A stretch of DNA of 64,000 bases from a virus. Its lineage: Duplodnaviria; Caudoviricetes. Where the stretch lies: the IMG/VR virus record IMGVR_UViG_3300046009_002028, positions 273 through 64,272 of that record. The stretch is one strand, 5' to 3'. The position numbers were made by a program, and so were the translations under genes. Shown one piece after another: positions 18,712 to 26,730 of the stretch (positions are counted from its first letter, which is position 1; each line of letters opens with the position of its first letter). The notes beneath the pieces were generated by a model. It saw only the letters and a program-made list of their open reading frames with translations. It was not told the DNA's origin and searched no databases.

Positions 18712-19163
18712 TGGTTGATACAAGACAAAACCGCGAAGTAGAAACTCGAGATGTAGCTTTTAAACGGAATGAAGAATGGGCACCGGCAGGTTTATTGCCT
18801 GAGTTCACTAAACAACCGGGATGGGCATATCGTTGGGTTCGTACTAGTATGGCTGGTCAAGCTGATGCTATGAACGTTTCTTCAAAAATGCGAGAAGGTT
18901 GGGAGCCCGTCAAATTGGCAGACCATCCAGAAATGCAATTATTAACAAATCCAGATTCACGCTACAAAGATTCAGTAGAAGTGGGTGGGTTATTGTTATG
19001 TAAAACCCCGGAGGAGTTCGTTGACCAACGCTCTGCTTATTACAATAAGCAAACTCAGGCTCAAACTGATGCAGTGGACAACAGCTTCATGAAAGAGAAC
19101 GATGCTCGGATGCCTTTATTTAAAGATAAACGCTCGACAACCTCGTTCGGTAAAGGTAAATAA
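18711..19163 (+). CDS. conserved head-module protein
   Basis: YRWVR...REGWEPV...VGGLLLCK motif; gene position. Confidence 0.75.
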   Translation: MVDTRQNREVETRDVAFKRNEEWAPAGLLPEFTKQPGWAYRWVRTSMAGQADAMNVSSKMREGWEPVKLADHPEMQLLTNPDSRYKDSVEVGGLLLCKTPEEFVDQRSAYYNKQTQAQTDAVDNSFMKENDARMPLFKDKRSTTSFGKGK

Positions 19164-19177
19164 TTTAGGAGATTTAT

Positions 19178-19780
19178 ATGGCTACTACAGCAGCCCCATA
19201 CGGTCTACGTCCTATTAACCTAATTGGTGGTCAGCAATTTGCTGGCTCAACACGTCAATTAAAAATCGCTAGCGGTTACGCTGCTAACATTTTTTACGGT
19301 GACGTTGTTGCAATTGGTACAGACGGAACTATCGTAAAAGTAACAAACGTAGGTACAAACGCGGATGCATTCCCAGCTGGTACAGTTGGTGTGTTCTTAG
19401 GTTGTTCATACACAAGCCCATCATTAGGCTATTTCTTGCAAGCACAATACTGGCCTACCGGTACTGTTGCTTCAAACGCTACAGCTTATGTATGTGATGA
19501 CCCAGATGCATTGTTCCAAATCCAAGCAGATGATGCTGTGACTCAAACAATGCTAGGTTCTAACTTTGGCGTGAATCAAACAGCAGGTTCTACAACTACT
19601 GGCGATTCAAAAATATCATTAGACGTTGGCACCCGTGCTACAACAAACACTATCGCATTGCGTTTAGTGGATTTCGTAAACGGCCCATTCTCTACTGTTG
19701 GTGACGCATACACTGATTGTATCGTTAAATTTAACTTTGGTATCCATACGTATTACAATGGTACCGGTGTTGGCGATTAA
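19178..19780 (+). CDS. probable capsid decoration/cement protein
   Basis: Beta-rich, Gly/Thr-rich; directly before the capsid gene; strong RBS. Confidence 0.65.
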   Translation: MATTAAPYGLRPINLIGGQQFAGSTRQLKIASGYAANIFYGDVVAIGTDGTIVKVTNVGTNADAFPAGTVGVFLGCSYTSPSLGYFLQAQYWPTGTVASNATAYVCDDPDALFQIQADDAVTQTMLGSNFGVNQTAGSTTTGDSKISLDVGTRATTNTIALRLVDFVNGPFSTVGDAYTDCIVKFNFGIHTYYNGTGVGD

Positions 19781-19792
19781 GGAGAATAAATA

Positions 19793-20707
19793 ATGGCTAT
19801 TTCACGCGCACAGTTACTTAAAGAACTATTACCAGGCTTAAATGCTTTGTTTGGTCTAGAGTACAAACGTTATGGTGAAGAACATCAAGAGATTTACGAA
19901 ACTGAATCTTCTGAGCGTTCCTTCGAAGAAGAAACAAAATTGTCTGGCTTCTCAGCAGCTCCTGTTAAAAACGAAGGCAACGCCATCGCTTACGACAATG
20001 CTCAAGAAGCTTGGACAGCTCGCTACACACACGAAACTATTGCTCTTGGCTTCAGCTTAACTGAAGAAGCTGTAGAAGATAACTTGTATGACACATTGTC
20101 TGCTCGTTATACTAAAGCATTAGCTCGTGCTATGGCGTACACAAAACAAGTTAAAGCAGCTAACGTATTGAACAACGGTTTCAACACCTCTGGTTCATAC
20201 AACGGTGGTGATGGTGTGCCATTGTTCTCAGCTTCTCACCCACTTGTTACAGGCGGTGTAAACAGCAACATTCCAACAACCCCAGCGGATTTGAACGAAA
20301 CTTCTTTAGAAGCAGCTGTTATCCAAATCGCAGCATGGACTGATGAGCGTGGTCTGTTAATTGCAGCAAAACCAGCTAAATTGATTATCCCACCAGCATT
20401 GCAATTCGTTGCAACCCGCTTGTTGGAAACTGAATTGCGTGTTGGTACTGCTGACAATGATGTCAACGCATTGAAAAACAACGGTTCAATCCCAGAAGGT
20501 TACGCAATTAACCACTTCTTGACCGACACAAATGCGTGGTTCTTAACAACTGATGTTCCTAACGGCATGAAACACTTTGTTCGTAGCCCACTAGGTACTT
20601 CAATGGATGGCGACTTTGACACTGGTAACGTACGTTACAAAGCCCGTGAGCGTTATTCATTCGGTTGGTCTGACCCATTAGGTATGTTTGGTTCAGCTGG
20701 TGCTTAA
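19793..20707 (+). CDS. major capsid protein
   Basis: MAISRAQLLKELLPGLNALFG N-terminus, 304 aa, strongly biased codons, followed by a terminator. Confidence 0.92.
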   Translation: MAISRAQLLKELLPGLNALFGLEYKRYGEEHQEIYETESSERSFEEETKLSGFSAAPVKNEGNAIAYDNAQEAWTARYTHETIALGFSLTEEAVEDNLYDTLSARYTKALARAMAYTKQVKAANVLNNGFNTSGSYNGGDGVPLFSASHPLVTGGVNSNIPTTPADLNETSLEAAVIQIAAWTDERGLLIAAKPAKLIIPPALQFVATRLLETELRVGTADNDVNALKNNGSIPEGYAINHFLTDTNAWFLTTDVPNGMKHFVRSPLGTSMDGDFDTGNVRYKARERYSFGWSDPLGMFGSAGA

Positions 20708-20724
20708 TAAGTACTAGGTAAGAT

Positions 20725-20752
20725 AAGAGGCTCACTTCGGTGGGCCTTTTTT
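20725..20752 (+). terminator. Rho-independent terminator after the capsid gene
   Basis: aggctcac-TTCG-gtgggcct-ttttt. Confidence 0.9.
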
Positions 20753-20766
20753 AATGGTTTTCCGTA

Positions 20767-20794
20767 TTGTGATATGTATAAAAAAGAACATAAT
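20767..20794 (+). promoter_or_regulatory. possible promoter for pqqA (TTGTGA-16-CATAAT)
   Basis: Imperfect hexamers between the capsid terminator and the pqqA RBS. Confidence 0.4.
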
Positions 20795-20840
20795 TCGTAC
20801 ATATACACACGACGTGTATAAAAAACAGGAGAATTTGAAC

Positions 20841-20912
20841 ATGTGGACATCACCAGCAGCTACTGAAATGCGTTTTGGCTTTGAAGTTACAATGTACGTA
20901 ATGAACAAATAG
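20841..20912 (+). CDS. pqqA: pyrroloquinoline quinone precursor peptide PqqA (MWTSPAATEMRFGFEVTMYVMNK)
   Basis: Manual translation; W-x-x-P leader, RFGFEVTMY with the E-x-x-x-Y core, 23 aa, AGGAGA RBS at 20827-20832. Confidence 0.95.
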   Translation: MWTSPAATEMRFGFEVTMYVMNK

Positions 20913-20932
20913 TCTAAACATTTGTTTAAACA

Positions 20933-21022
20933 TAGGCGGTTAAGCCGACATTAGAGGATGTAGTAAGTAACGAGTTTTTCGGCTTTCTGCGTTACATGTA
21001 ACAACTACCAAATCTACGCCTA
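20933..21022 (+). ncRNA. candidate structured RNA with pseudoknot, downstream of pqqA
   Basis: Nested helices TAGGCG/CGCCTA, TAGA/TCTA, GTAGT/ACTAC, GTAACG/CGTTAC plus crossing AAGCCGA/TCGGCTT. Confidence 0.55.
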
Positions 21023-21029
21023 ATTTATA

Positions 21030-21058
21030 TTGACAACTCCATAAAACGCTAGTATAAA
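21030..21058 (+). promoter_or_regulatory. sigma70 promoter TTGACA-17-TATAAA
   Basis: ttgaca actccataaaacgctag tataaa. Confidence 0.8.
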
Positions 21059-21069
21059 GGCTATATCAA

Positions 21070-21145
21070 CCGGGAAATTAAATCCGGCTTATTAGACTGT
21101 CCCGGCGGACGCATACAAGACTAGTAGGCTTACTTTGTATGGAGA
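21070..21145 (+). promoter_or_regulatory. structured 5' leader, candidate cis-regulatory RNA
   Basis: CCGGGA/TCCCGG, GCTTATTAG/CTAGTAGGC and CATACAAG/TTTGTATG, the last abutting the GGAGA RBS. Confidence 0.45.
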
Positions 21146-21152
21146 AATTCAA

Positions 21153-21608
21153 ATGGCTAATACCACATTCAGCGGCCCAATACGTGCCGGTAACATCCGC
21201 AACACAACAGGTACTACAGTAGGCACTAACATTGCTAACGTAGGTCAAGTTGTAATGGCACAATCACAAAAAGTATTACAATCCTCAGCTGCAACTACAA
21301 TCGTAATTCCAGCAAACAGCCAAATCGTCGAAATGACTTTATATGTAACCACTGTATGGGATGGCGTAGCTTCAACTCTAGGTCTAGGTAACACTGCATT
21401 AGCAACTGCATACACTGCAGCTGGTGCGGTAGCCGGTGGTACAGTAGGTGTTGTTTCAGTAACCCCAGGCACAGACGCAACTCGCACATTAGCTTTTGTT
21501 GATGTAGGTGCAACAGACGTTAAAATTGTTGTAACTTCAACCAACACTGGCGCTGGTGTAGGCTACTTAACAGTTCGTTACGTTCAAGCTAACAACTTAG
21601 TTGCTTAA
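21153..21608 (+). CDS. virion structural protein (capsid-associated); start reassigned to ATG 21153
   Basis: MANTTFSGPIRAG N-terminus; GGAGA RBS at 21141-21145; capsid-like codon bias. Confidence 0.75.
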   Translation: MANTTFSGPIRAGNIRNTTGTTVGTNIANVGQVVMAQSQKVLQSSAATTIVIPANSQIVEMTLYVTTVWDGVASTLGLGNTALATAYTAAGAVAGGTVGVVSVTPGTDATRTLAFVDVGATDVKIVVTSTNTGAGVGYLTVRYVQANNLVA

Positions 21609-21654
21609 TTAATCTAGGGGCTTCGGCCCCGCTTATAATCTAAGGAGATTAATT

Positions 21655-21939
21655 ATGGCAATGCAATATGATGTAAAAGCAACACATCTTACGGCTGACG
21701 GAGTAGTATCAGCTAATCCAGCTCGTTTAAAGGCTATCTCGTATAGAGGTAACGGTCTTGATGGAAACGTGTCAATTAAAAATGGTGGCGCTTCAGGAAC
21801 TACATTATTAGAACTTGATGTAGGTACAAGTGATTCATTTACTATATATGTATTGTTACCTGGCGAAGGCATTCGTTTCGATACTAATATTTATGCTGAC
21901 CTGACTAATGTTTCTGCAATAACAGCATTTTACGGCTAA
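21655..21939 (+). CDS. small structural protein
   Basis: AAGGAG RBS; P.EGIRF..(.)IY motif; follows a UUCG hairpin at 21617-21630. Confidence 0.7.
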   Translation: MAMQYDVKATHLTADGVVSANPARLKAISYRGNGLDGNVSIKNGGASGTTLLELDVGTSDSFTIYVLLPGEGIRFDTNIYADLTNVSAITAFYG

Positions 21940-21947
21940 GGTGACAT

Positions 21948-22175
21948 ATGAGCGTAGAACGAGAACTAGCAGTACATGAAACTGAGATTAAGCATCTACA
22001 AGCTGATATGGATAGACTTGTCGCTGATATGGACGACATTAAAAAGACTCTTAACAACATTAATACAACCCTTGCGGAAGCTCGTGGGGGATGGAGAGTC
22101 TTGATGATGGTAGGTGGGGCAGGTGGTGCTCTTGGCGCTGTAGTTACTCAATTCGCACATAAACTATTTGGATAG
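21948..22175 (+). CDS. coiled-coil protein with C-terminal TM segment
   Basis: Heptad pattern followed by WRVLMMVGGAGGALGAVV. Confidence 0.65.
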   Translation: MSVERELAVHETEIKHLQADMDRLVADMDDIKKTLNNINTTLAEARGGWRVLMMVGGAGGALGAVVTQFAHKLFG

Positions 22176-22184
22176 GAAATTACT

Positions 22185-22319
22185 ATGATAATTAATGAAA
22201 ACGGCTGGGGCGACAAAAAAGAACCTGAAGCTAAAGCAGAAGTTAAAGATGTTCGCAAAGCTAAACTTCAAAAAGACGCGCCTGTTAAAGAGGTAGTGGA
22301 AGATGCCGAGCAAGAGTAA
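22185..22319 (+). CDS. 44-aa charged peptide, not in ORF track
   Basis: AGGA RBS; MIINENGWGDKKEP... Confidence 0.45.
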   Translation: MIINENGWGDKKEPEAKAEVKDVRKAKLQKDAPVKEVVEDAEQE

Positions 22320-22686
22320 ACCTCAAGCTAAGCTGATGGCTGCGGCCGCTCATAACCCTAAATTTGCTAAGAAGGTGGGTATTCCTACTAAAGTAGCAAA
22401 AGAGTTTAATGAAGCGGACAAGGGCAAGACCTTTAAAAAGGGCGGTGTATCATTAGCCGTTGGTCGTGGTGAGAAACTAGCTACCGATAAAGGCGCTGGA
22501 CTTACTGCTAAAGGACGCGCAAAATACAATGCAGCAACAGGGTCTAACTTGAAAGCTCCTCAGCCAGAAGGTGGTCCTCGCAAGAAATCGTTTTGTGCCC
22601 GTATGTCAGGTATGCCAGGCCCAATGAAAGACGAGAATGGCAAACCTACTCGTAAAGCAGCGTCATTAAAACGTTGGAAATGTTAA
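22303..22686 (+). CDS. basic Lys-rich virion-region protein
   Basis: MPSKS..Q..LMAAAAHNP.FAKK and GL.AKGRA.YN...RKKSFCARM...SL.RW.C motifs. Confidence 0.75.
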   Translation: MPSKSKPQAKLMAAAAHNPKFAKKVGIPTKVAKEFNEADKGKTFKKGGVSLAVGRGEKLATDKGAGLTAKGRAKYNAATGSNLKAPQPEGGPRKKSFCARMSGMPGPMKDENGKPTRKAASLKRWKC

Positions 22687-22696
22687 TAAAGGAACT

Positions 22697-22894
22697 ATGA
22701 TGGCTAAAGAAAACACAAAAATGGACATGGCGCAGGACAAGAAAACAGTTAAGAAAGCTGTTGGCATGCATGATAAACAAATGCACGGTGGCAAGAAAAC
22801 TGACCTAGCAGCCCTTAAAAAAGGTGGTTGCACTAAAATGGCTAAAGGTGGCGGCATTGAAGTTCGCGGTAAGACACGCGGGAAGATGTGCTAA
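22697..22894 (+). CDS. small basic protein with xKGG motifs
   Basis: LKKGG, MAKGG, RGKTRG. Confidence 0.7.
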   Translation: MMAKENTKMDMAQDKKTVKKAVGMHDKQMHGGKKTDLAALKKGGCTKMAKGGGIEVRGKTRGKMC

Positions 22895-23160
22895 TTATGG
22901 CTAAGAAAATAGAAGCATGGGAAGCAGAAGTAGACAACGGGTCTGCAACACCAACACCCCCAAAAAAATCTGCACCTCCGCCACCTCCACCACCCCCTCC
23001 AGCTCCAAAGGCTAAGGCCAAGGTTAAGGCTAAACAAAAAACATACCCTATCGGTCAAACCGAAGATGATATGAGTATCAACATGAAAAAAGGTGGTTCA
23101 GTAGGTTCAGCATCTAGACGCGCCGACGGCTGCGCAGTACGTGGTAAAACTAGGGCCTAA
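22888..23160 (+). CDS. small basic Pro-rich protein with MKKGG motif
   Basis: MKKGG..SAS.RADG.A.RGKTRA. Confidence 0.7.
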   Translation: MLIMAKKIEAWEAEVDNGSATPTPPKKSAPPPPPPPPPAPKAKAKVKAKQKTYPIGQTEDDMSINMKKGGSVGSASRRADGCAVRGKTRA

Positions 23161-23162
23161 TT

Positions 23163-23315
23163 ATGAGACCGTCACGCGGAATGGGTATAATCAACCCAAA
23201 CAAAATGCCCGGTAAAAAGCCGCGCATTATTACGCGTAAGGATGACCCAAATAAGGTTGATGTGTATAAACGAGGCGGAAAGATAAACTTTCCTGCCCTA
23301 TCACAAAGGAAATAA
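23163..23315 (+). CDS. 50-aa basic protein (MRPSRGMG...YKRGG...), not in ORF track
   Basis: Manual translation; fills the operon gap. Confidence 0.65.
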   Translation: MRPSRGMGIINPNKMPGKKPRIITRKDDPNKVDVYKRGGKINFPALSQRK

Positions 23316-23316
23316 C

Positions 23317-23442
23317 ATGATGGAACTCTATAGCATAAGTATGATTTGTGGCTTTGCTCTAGGGATTCAACATGAACTCATAGAAGAGAGCAACTACATT
23401 ATCGTTAGTTTGGGTATAGTAGAAGTAGTATTTATTTGGTAA
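23317..23442 (+). CDS. 41-aa hydrophobic peptide, not in ORF track
   Basis: AAGGA RBS; MMELYSISMICGFALG...LGIVEVVFIW. Confidence 0.5.
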   Translation: MMELYSISMICGFALGIQHELIEESNYIIVSLGIVEVVFIW

Positions 23443-23449
23443 AGAACAT

Positions 23450-24169
23450 ATGACAACTTCAGGTACCGCACTATTTAACCTAGATGTAAACAATCTAGTG
23501 GAAGAAGCATTCGAAAGATGCGGCTCAGAGTTACGCACGGGTTACGACTTAAGGACTGCGCGTAGAAGTATTAATTTGCTTACCATCGAGTGGGCAAATA
23601 TGGGTATTAACTTATGGACTGTAGAAGAGGGGTCTATTCTATTAAATACCAATGATATTGTTTACGACCTACCGGTGGATACGATTGATTTGTTAGACCA
23701 CGTAGTACGCACAGGCACAGGCCAAAATCAAACAGACATCAATATCACACGCATTAGTGGTTCAACCTACTCGACGATACCAAATAAGAATGCGCAAGGT
23801 CGCCCTATACAGGTGTGGATAAATCGTCAGTCAGGGGCAACTAATCCAGCACCTACAGGCGTACAGTATCCGACAATTAATATCTGGCCAGTTCCAGAAC
23901 AAGACAACTACTATACCTTTGTGTACTGGCGATTACGTCGCATACAAGACGCGGGTAATGGCGGTACGACAACACAAGACATTCCGTTTAGGTTTATTCC
24001 TGCGATGGTTGCGGGCTTAGCGTATCATTTAAGCATGAAAATTCCAGAGGCGTTACCTCGTGTAGAGATGCTCAAAATGGTGTACGATGAAACACTTAAA
24101 AACGCACAGGACGAGGATAGAGAGAAAGCGGCTATTCGTTTAGCGCCTAGAATGCAGTTTATTAGGTAG
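23450..24169 (+). CDS. probable head-tail adaptor protein
   Basis: EEAFER.G, W.N.G.NLWT, WP.P, P.RF...VAGLAY. Confidence 0.7.
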   Translation: MTTSGTALFNLDVNNLVEEAFERCGSELRTGYDLRTARRSINLLTIEWANMGINLWTVEEGSILLNTNDIVYDLPVDTIDLLDHVVRTGTGQNQTDINITRISGSTYSTIPNKNAQGRPIQVWINRQSGATNPAPTGVQYPTINIWPVPEQDNYYTFVYWRLRRIQDAGNGGTTTQDIPFRFIPAMVAGLAYHLSMKIPEALPRVEMLKMVYDETLKNAQDEDREKAAIRLAPRMQFIR

Positions 24170-24173
24170 TATA

Positions 24174-24596
24174 ATGGCTAGTAAATACTCAAGTGGTAAA
24201 TTTGCAATATCCCAGTGCGACCGTTGCGGGTTTAGATATAAGTTATCGCAGCTTAAACGATTGGTTATTAAGACAAAAAATGTTAACATCCTTGTGTGTC
24301 AAGATTGCTGGGAGCCAGACCAACCACAATTGCAATTGGGTATGTACCCAGTTAATGACCCGCAAGCAGTTAGAGACCCACGCCCAGATTTAGGCTATTA
24401 TCAATCAGGTCTAAATGGGTTACAATTAACCGAAACAACAAGCGTTAGCCCAAATGCAACTGGGGTTCCCTTGCAAGGTAGTAGGATAATACAGTGGGGA
24501 TGGAATCCGGTTGGATTACATGACCCGTTTAACTTAGAAGTAAACCAGTTGGTAGCAGTTGCCTCAGTCGGTACTGTAACCGTAACGACGACATAG
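24174..24596 (+). CDS. CxxC zinc-finger virion-region protein
   Basis: CDRC...CQDC...DPQAVRDPRPD. Confidence 0.75.
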   Translation: MASKYSSGKFAISQCDRCGFRYKLSQLKRLVIKTKNVNILVCQDCWEPDQPQLQLGMYPVNDPQAVRDPRPDLGYYQSGLNGLQLTETTSVSPNATGVPLQGSRIIQWGWNPVGLHDPFNLEVNQLVAVASVGTVTVTTT

Positions 24597-24606
24597 GAGA
24601 AATAAA

Positions 24607-24801
24607 ATGGCATTTAAAGCAGGCGCACAAGGTATCAATACCAAGGGTAAAACTAAAGGCAAACAGTTAGGCATCGATGGTGCTAAACTAGGCCAAGACG
24701 GTGGTGTTTCTAAAGGTGGTAAAGCCAGCACAGTTAAGTCAATCGACATGAAAAAAGTAGGCCGTAACTTGGCACGTGCAGCTAATCAGAAAAAGGGTTA
24801 A
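24607..24801 (+). CDS. small basic protein
   Basis: KGKTKG, SKGG, GRNLARA. Confidence 0.7.
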   Translation: MAFKAGAQGINTKGKTKGKQLGIDGAKLGQDGGVSKGGKASTVKSIDMKKVGRNLARAANQKKG

Positions 24802-24803
24802 TT

Positions 24804-25022
24804 ATGTCAGTATACAAACAACCAATTAAAGTACCTACCCCAGACATCAGCTATTCGTCTGACCCAAACAACTTAAGCGCTAGTGATTCAAACGGTAGCA
24901 TTCCAGCCCGTCGCGTAAGCGGTGGTAATCCTGCACGTAACGATGTAAAAACATCAGGCATTAAACAACGTGGTAGTGGTGCTGCTACAAAAGGTTTCAC
25001 TTCACGCGGTCCTATGGCATAA
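24804..25022 (+). CDS. small basic protein
   Basis: RG.GAATKG..(S)RGPMA C-terminus. Confidence 0.7.
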   Translation: MSVYKQPIKVPTPDISYSSDPNNLSASDSNGSIPARRVSGGNPARNDVKTSGIKQRGSGAATKGFTSRGPMA

Positions 25023-25031
25023 GGTAGGCCA

Positions 25032-25667
25032 ATGAACTACACCCAATTAGTTGCAGCGATTGAAAGCTACACCGAGAATCAGTTTGAAACAGCTGATATA
25101 AACACGTTTATAGATGAAGCAGAACAACGGGTTTATAACTCGGTGCAACTACCTGCCCTGCGTAAGAACGTGGTGGGTAATCTTACAAGCGGGAATAAGT
25201 ATTTAACCTGCCCGTCTGATTGGTTGGCAACGTTCTCACTAGCTTTGATTAATGGCAACAACGAATTCACGTACCTACTAGATAAGGACGTTAACTTTAT
25301 TCGTGAGTCTTACCCTGATACAGATGCTGCATACTATGGAACCCCTGCGTATTACGCGCAGTTTGACCAGAACACATTTATATTAGGCCCAACTCCTGAT
25401 GCCAGTTATGCTATGGAGCTACACTACTTCTACTACCCAGAGTCTATTGTGACTGCGGGTACTACTTGGTTGGGTGATAACTTTGACTCCGTGCTGTTGT
25501 ATGGTGCCCTATTAGAAGCTTATACCTACATGAAGGGTGAAGCGGATGTAACTGCAACATACCAAAAACGTTACGATGAAGCTATGGCGTTGTTGAAACA
25601 ATTGGGTGATGGCAAAAATAGACGAGATGCATACCGTAATGGGCAAGTAAGATACCCCGTGATGTAA
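25032..25667 (+). CDS. probable head-tail adaptor / tail tubular protein A-like
   Basis: MNY..L...I..Y, FI..AE.R, P.PD..Y, LLYG.L.EA..Y.K. Confidence 0.75.
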   Translation: MNYTQLVAAIESYTENQFETADINTFIDEAEQRVYNSVQLPALRKNVVGNLTSGNKYLTCPSDWLATFSLALINGNNEFTYLLDKDVNFIRESYPDTDAAYYGTPAYYAQFDQNTFILGPTPDASYAMELHYFYYPESIVTAGTTWLGDNFDSVLLYGALLEAYTYMKGEADVTATYQKRYDEAMALLKQLGDGKNRRDAYRNGQVRYPVM

Positions 25668-25679
25668 TTAGGAATAATT

Positions 25680-26102
25680 GTGGCGATAAACCAAACAGTA
25701 TGTACAGTATTTAAAACGAATGTGTTAAAAGGCGTAGAGAACTTTAACACCGGTACTTCATACGTATATAAAATAGCCCTCTATAACTCAACAGCTACAT
25801 TGGGTGCTGACACTTTAGCCTATACAACAACAGGTGAAATCACTGGCACAGGCTACACTGCGGGAGGCAAGGTCTTAACTCCAAGCGTTCCTGTTAATGG
25901 AAATGGTGTCGCATACGTATCGTTTGCAAATGTCACTTGGAGTCCAGCTGCATTTACTACGAGGGGTGCTTTGATATACAATAGCACAACAGGTGCCGCA
26001 GTTGCGGTATTAAACTTTGGTGAAGATAAAACGGCCGCAAGCACATTTACGGTGACATTCCCCACAGCAACATCAACAACGGCAATTATTAGAATATCTT
26101 AG
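25680..26102 (+). CDS. tail-associated structural protein
   Basis: KIALY, GY.AGG, RGALIYN, F...FP; gene position. Confidence 0.7.
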   Translation: MAINQTVCTVFKTNVLKGVENFNTGTSYVYKIALYNSTATLGADTLAYTTTGEITGTGYTAGGKVLTPSVPVNGNGVAYVSFANVTWSPAAFTTRGALIYNSTTGAAVAVLNFGEDKTAASTFTVTFPTATSTTAIIRIS

Positions 26103-26111
26103 GAGTTTATT

Positions 26112-26720
26112 ATGGTTAAAGAGCAACAAGGCTTTGGGGATGTAATCCAAGCCACATTAGGCACTACAGGTGATTCTAATGAAACAGTAGGCATAGAGGG
26201 TGTATATCACGTTGAATGCCGTGACGCAGAAGGCAACTTAAAATGGGAAGAGTCATTCCCTAACCTAGTTAACGCGGTTGGTAAACAGTTATTACTTGAC
26301 ACCCTATTACGTACATCAGGTACTTACACTACAGTTGGCCCATTCTTAGGTTTGATTTCAGGTGCTAGTCCGACATTTGCAGCAGCAGATACGATGGCTT
26401 CACACGCTGGCTGGACTGAGTTTATTAACTACACCGTTGGTGGTTCAGCAGTTCGCGGTACCGCAGTTTTCGCAGCGTCTTCTTCAGCAGGTACTACACC
26501 GACAAACGTGACGACTTCTACAGCTGCAGCGATTACTTACACTATTACAGGTGCAGGTGGTACAGTTGGTGGTTGCTTCTTAACTACAGGTGCAGGTGCA
26601 GTAAGTACATTATCAAGCACAGCAGGTACCTTGTATAGTGCAGGGGCATTCTCAACAGCTAAGATTACTACAGCCGGCGATACAGTAGCGGTTACATACA
26701 GCACAACAGCAACAAGCTAA
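26112..26720 (+). CDS. tail-associated structural protein
   Basis: NLV...G, GD...VTY; Thr/Gly-rich. Confidence 0.7.
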   Translation: MVKEQQGFGDVIQATLGTTGDSNETVGIEGVYHVECRDAEGNLKWEESFPNLVNAVGKQLLLDTLLRTSGTYTTVGPFLGLISGASPTFAAADTMASHAGWTEFINYTVGGSAVRGTAVFAASSSAGTTPTNVTTSTAAAITYTITGAGGTVGGCFLTTGAGAVSTLSSTAGTLYSAGAFSTAKITTAGDTVAVTYSTTATS

Positions 26721-26730
26721 GGAGTCCTAA

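Noticed and set aside
20708-21152. Complete pqq operon or a tRNA in the post-capsid gap
   Set aside because: No pqqB-E-like ORF (no radical SAM CxxxCxxC protein) was recognised, and the structured segments lack a cloverleaf and T-loop.
21135-21152. TTG start given in the ORF track
   Set aside because: The GGAGA RBS lies downstream of it and fits ATG 21153.
21617-21630. GGGGC-TTCG-GCCCC hairpin as a terminator
   Set aside because: No U-tract; more likely a stabilising hairpin.
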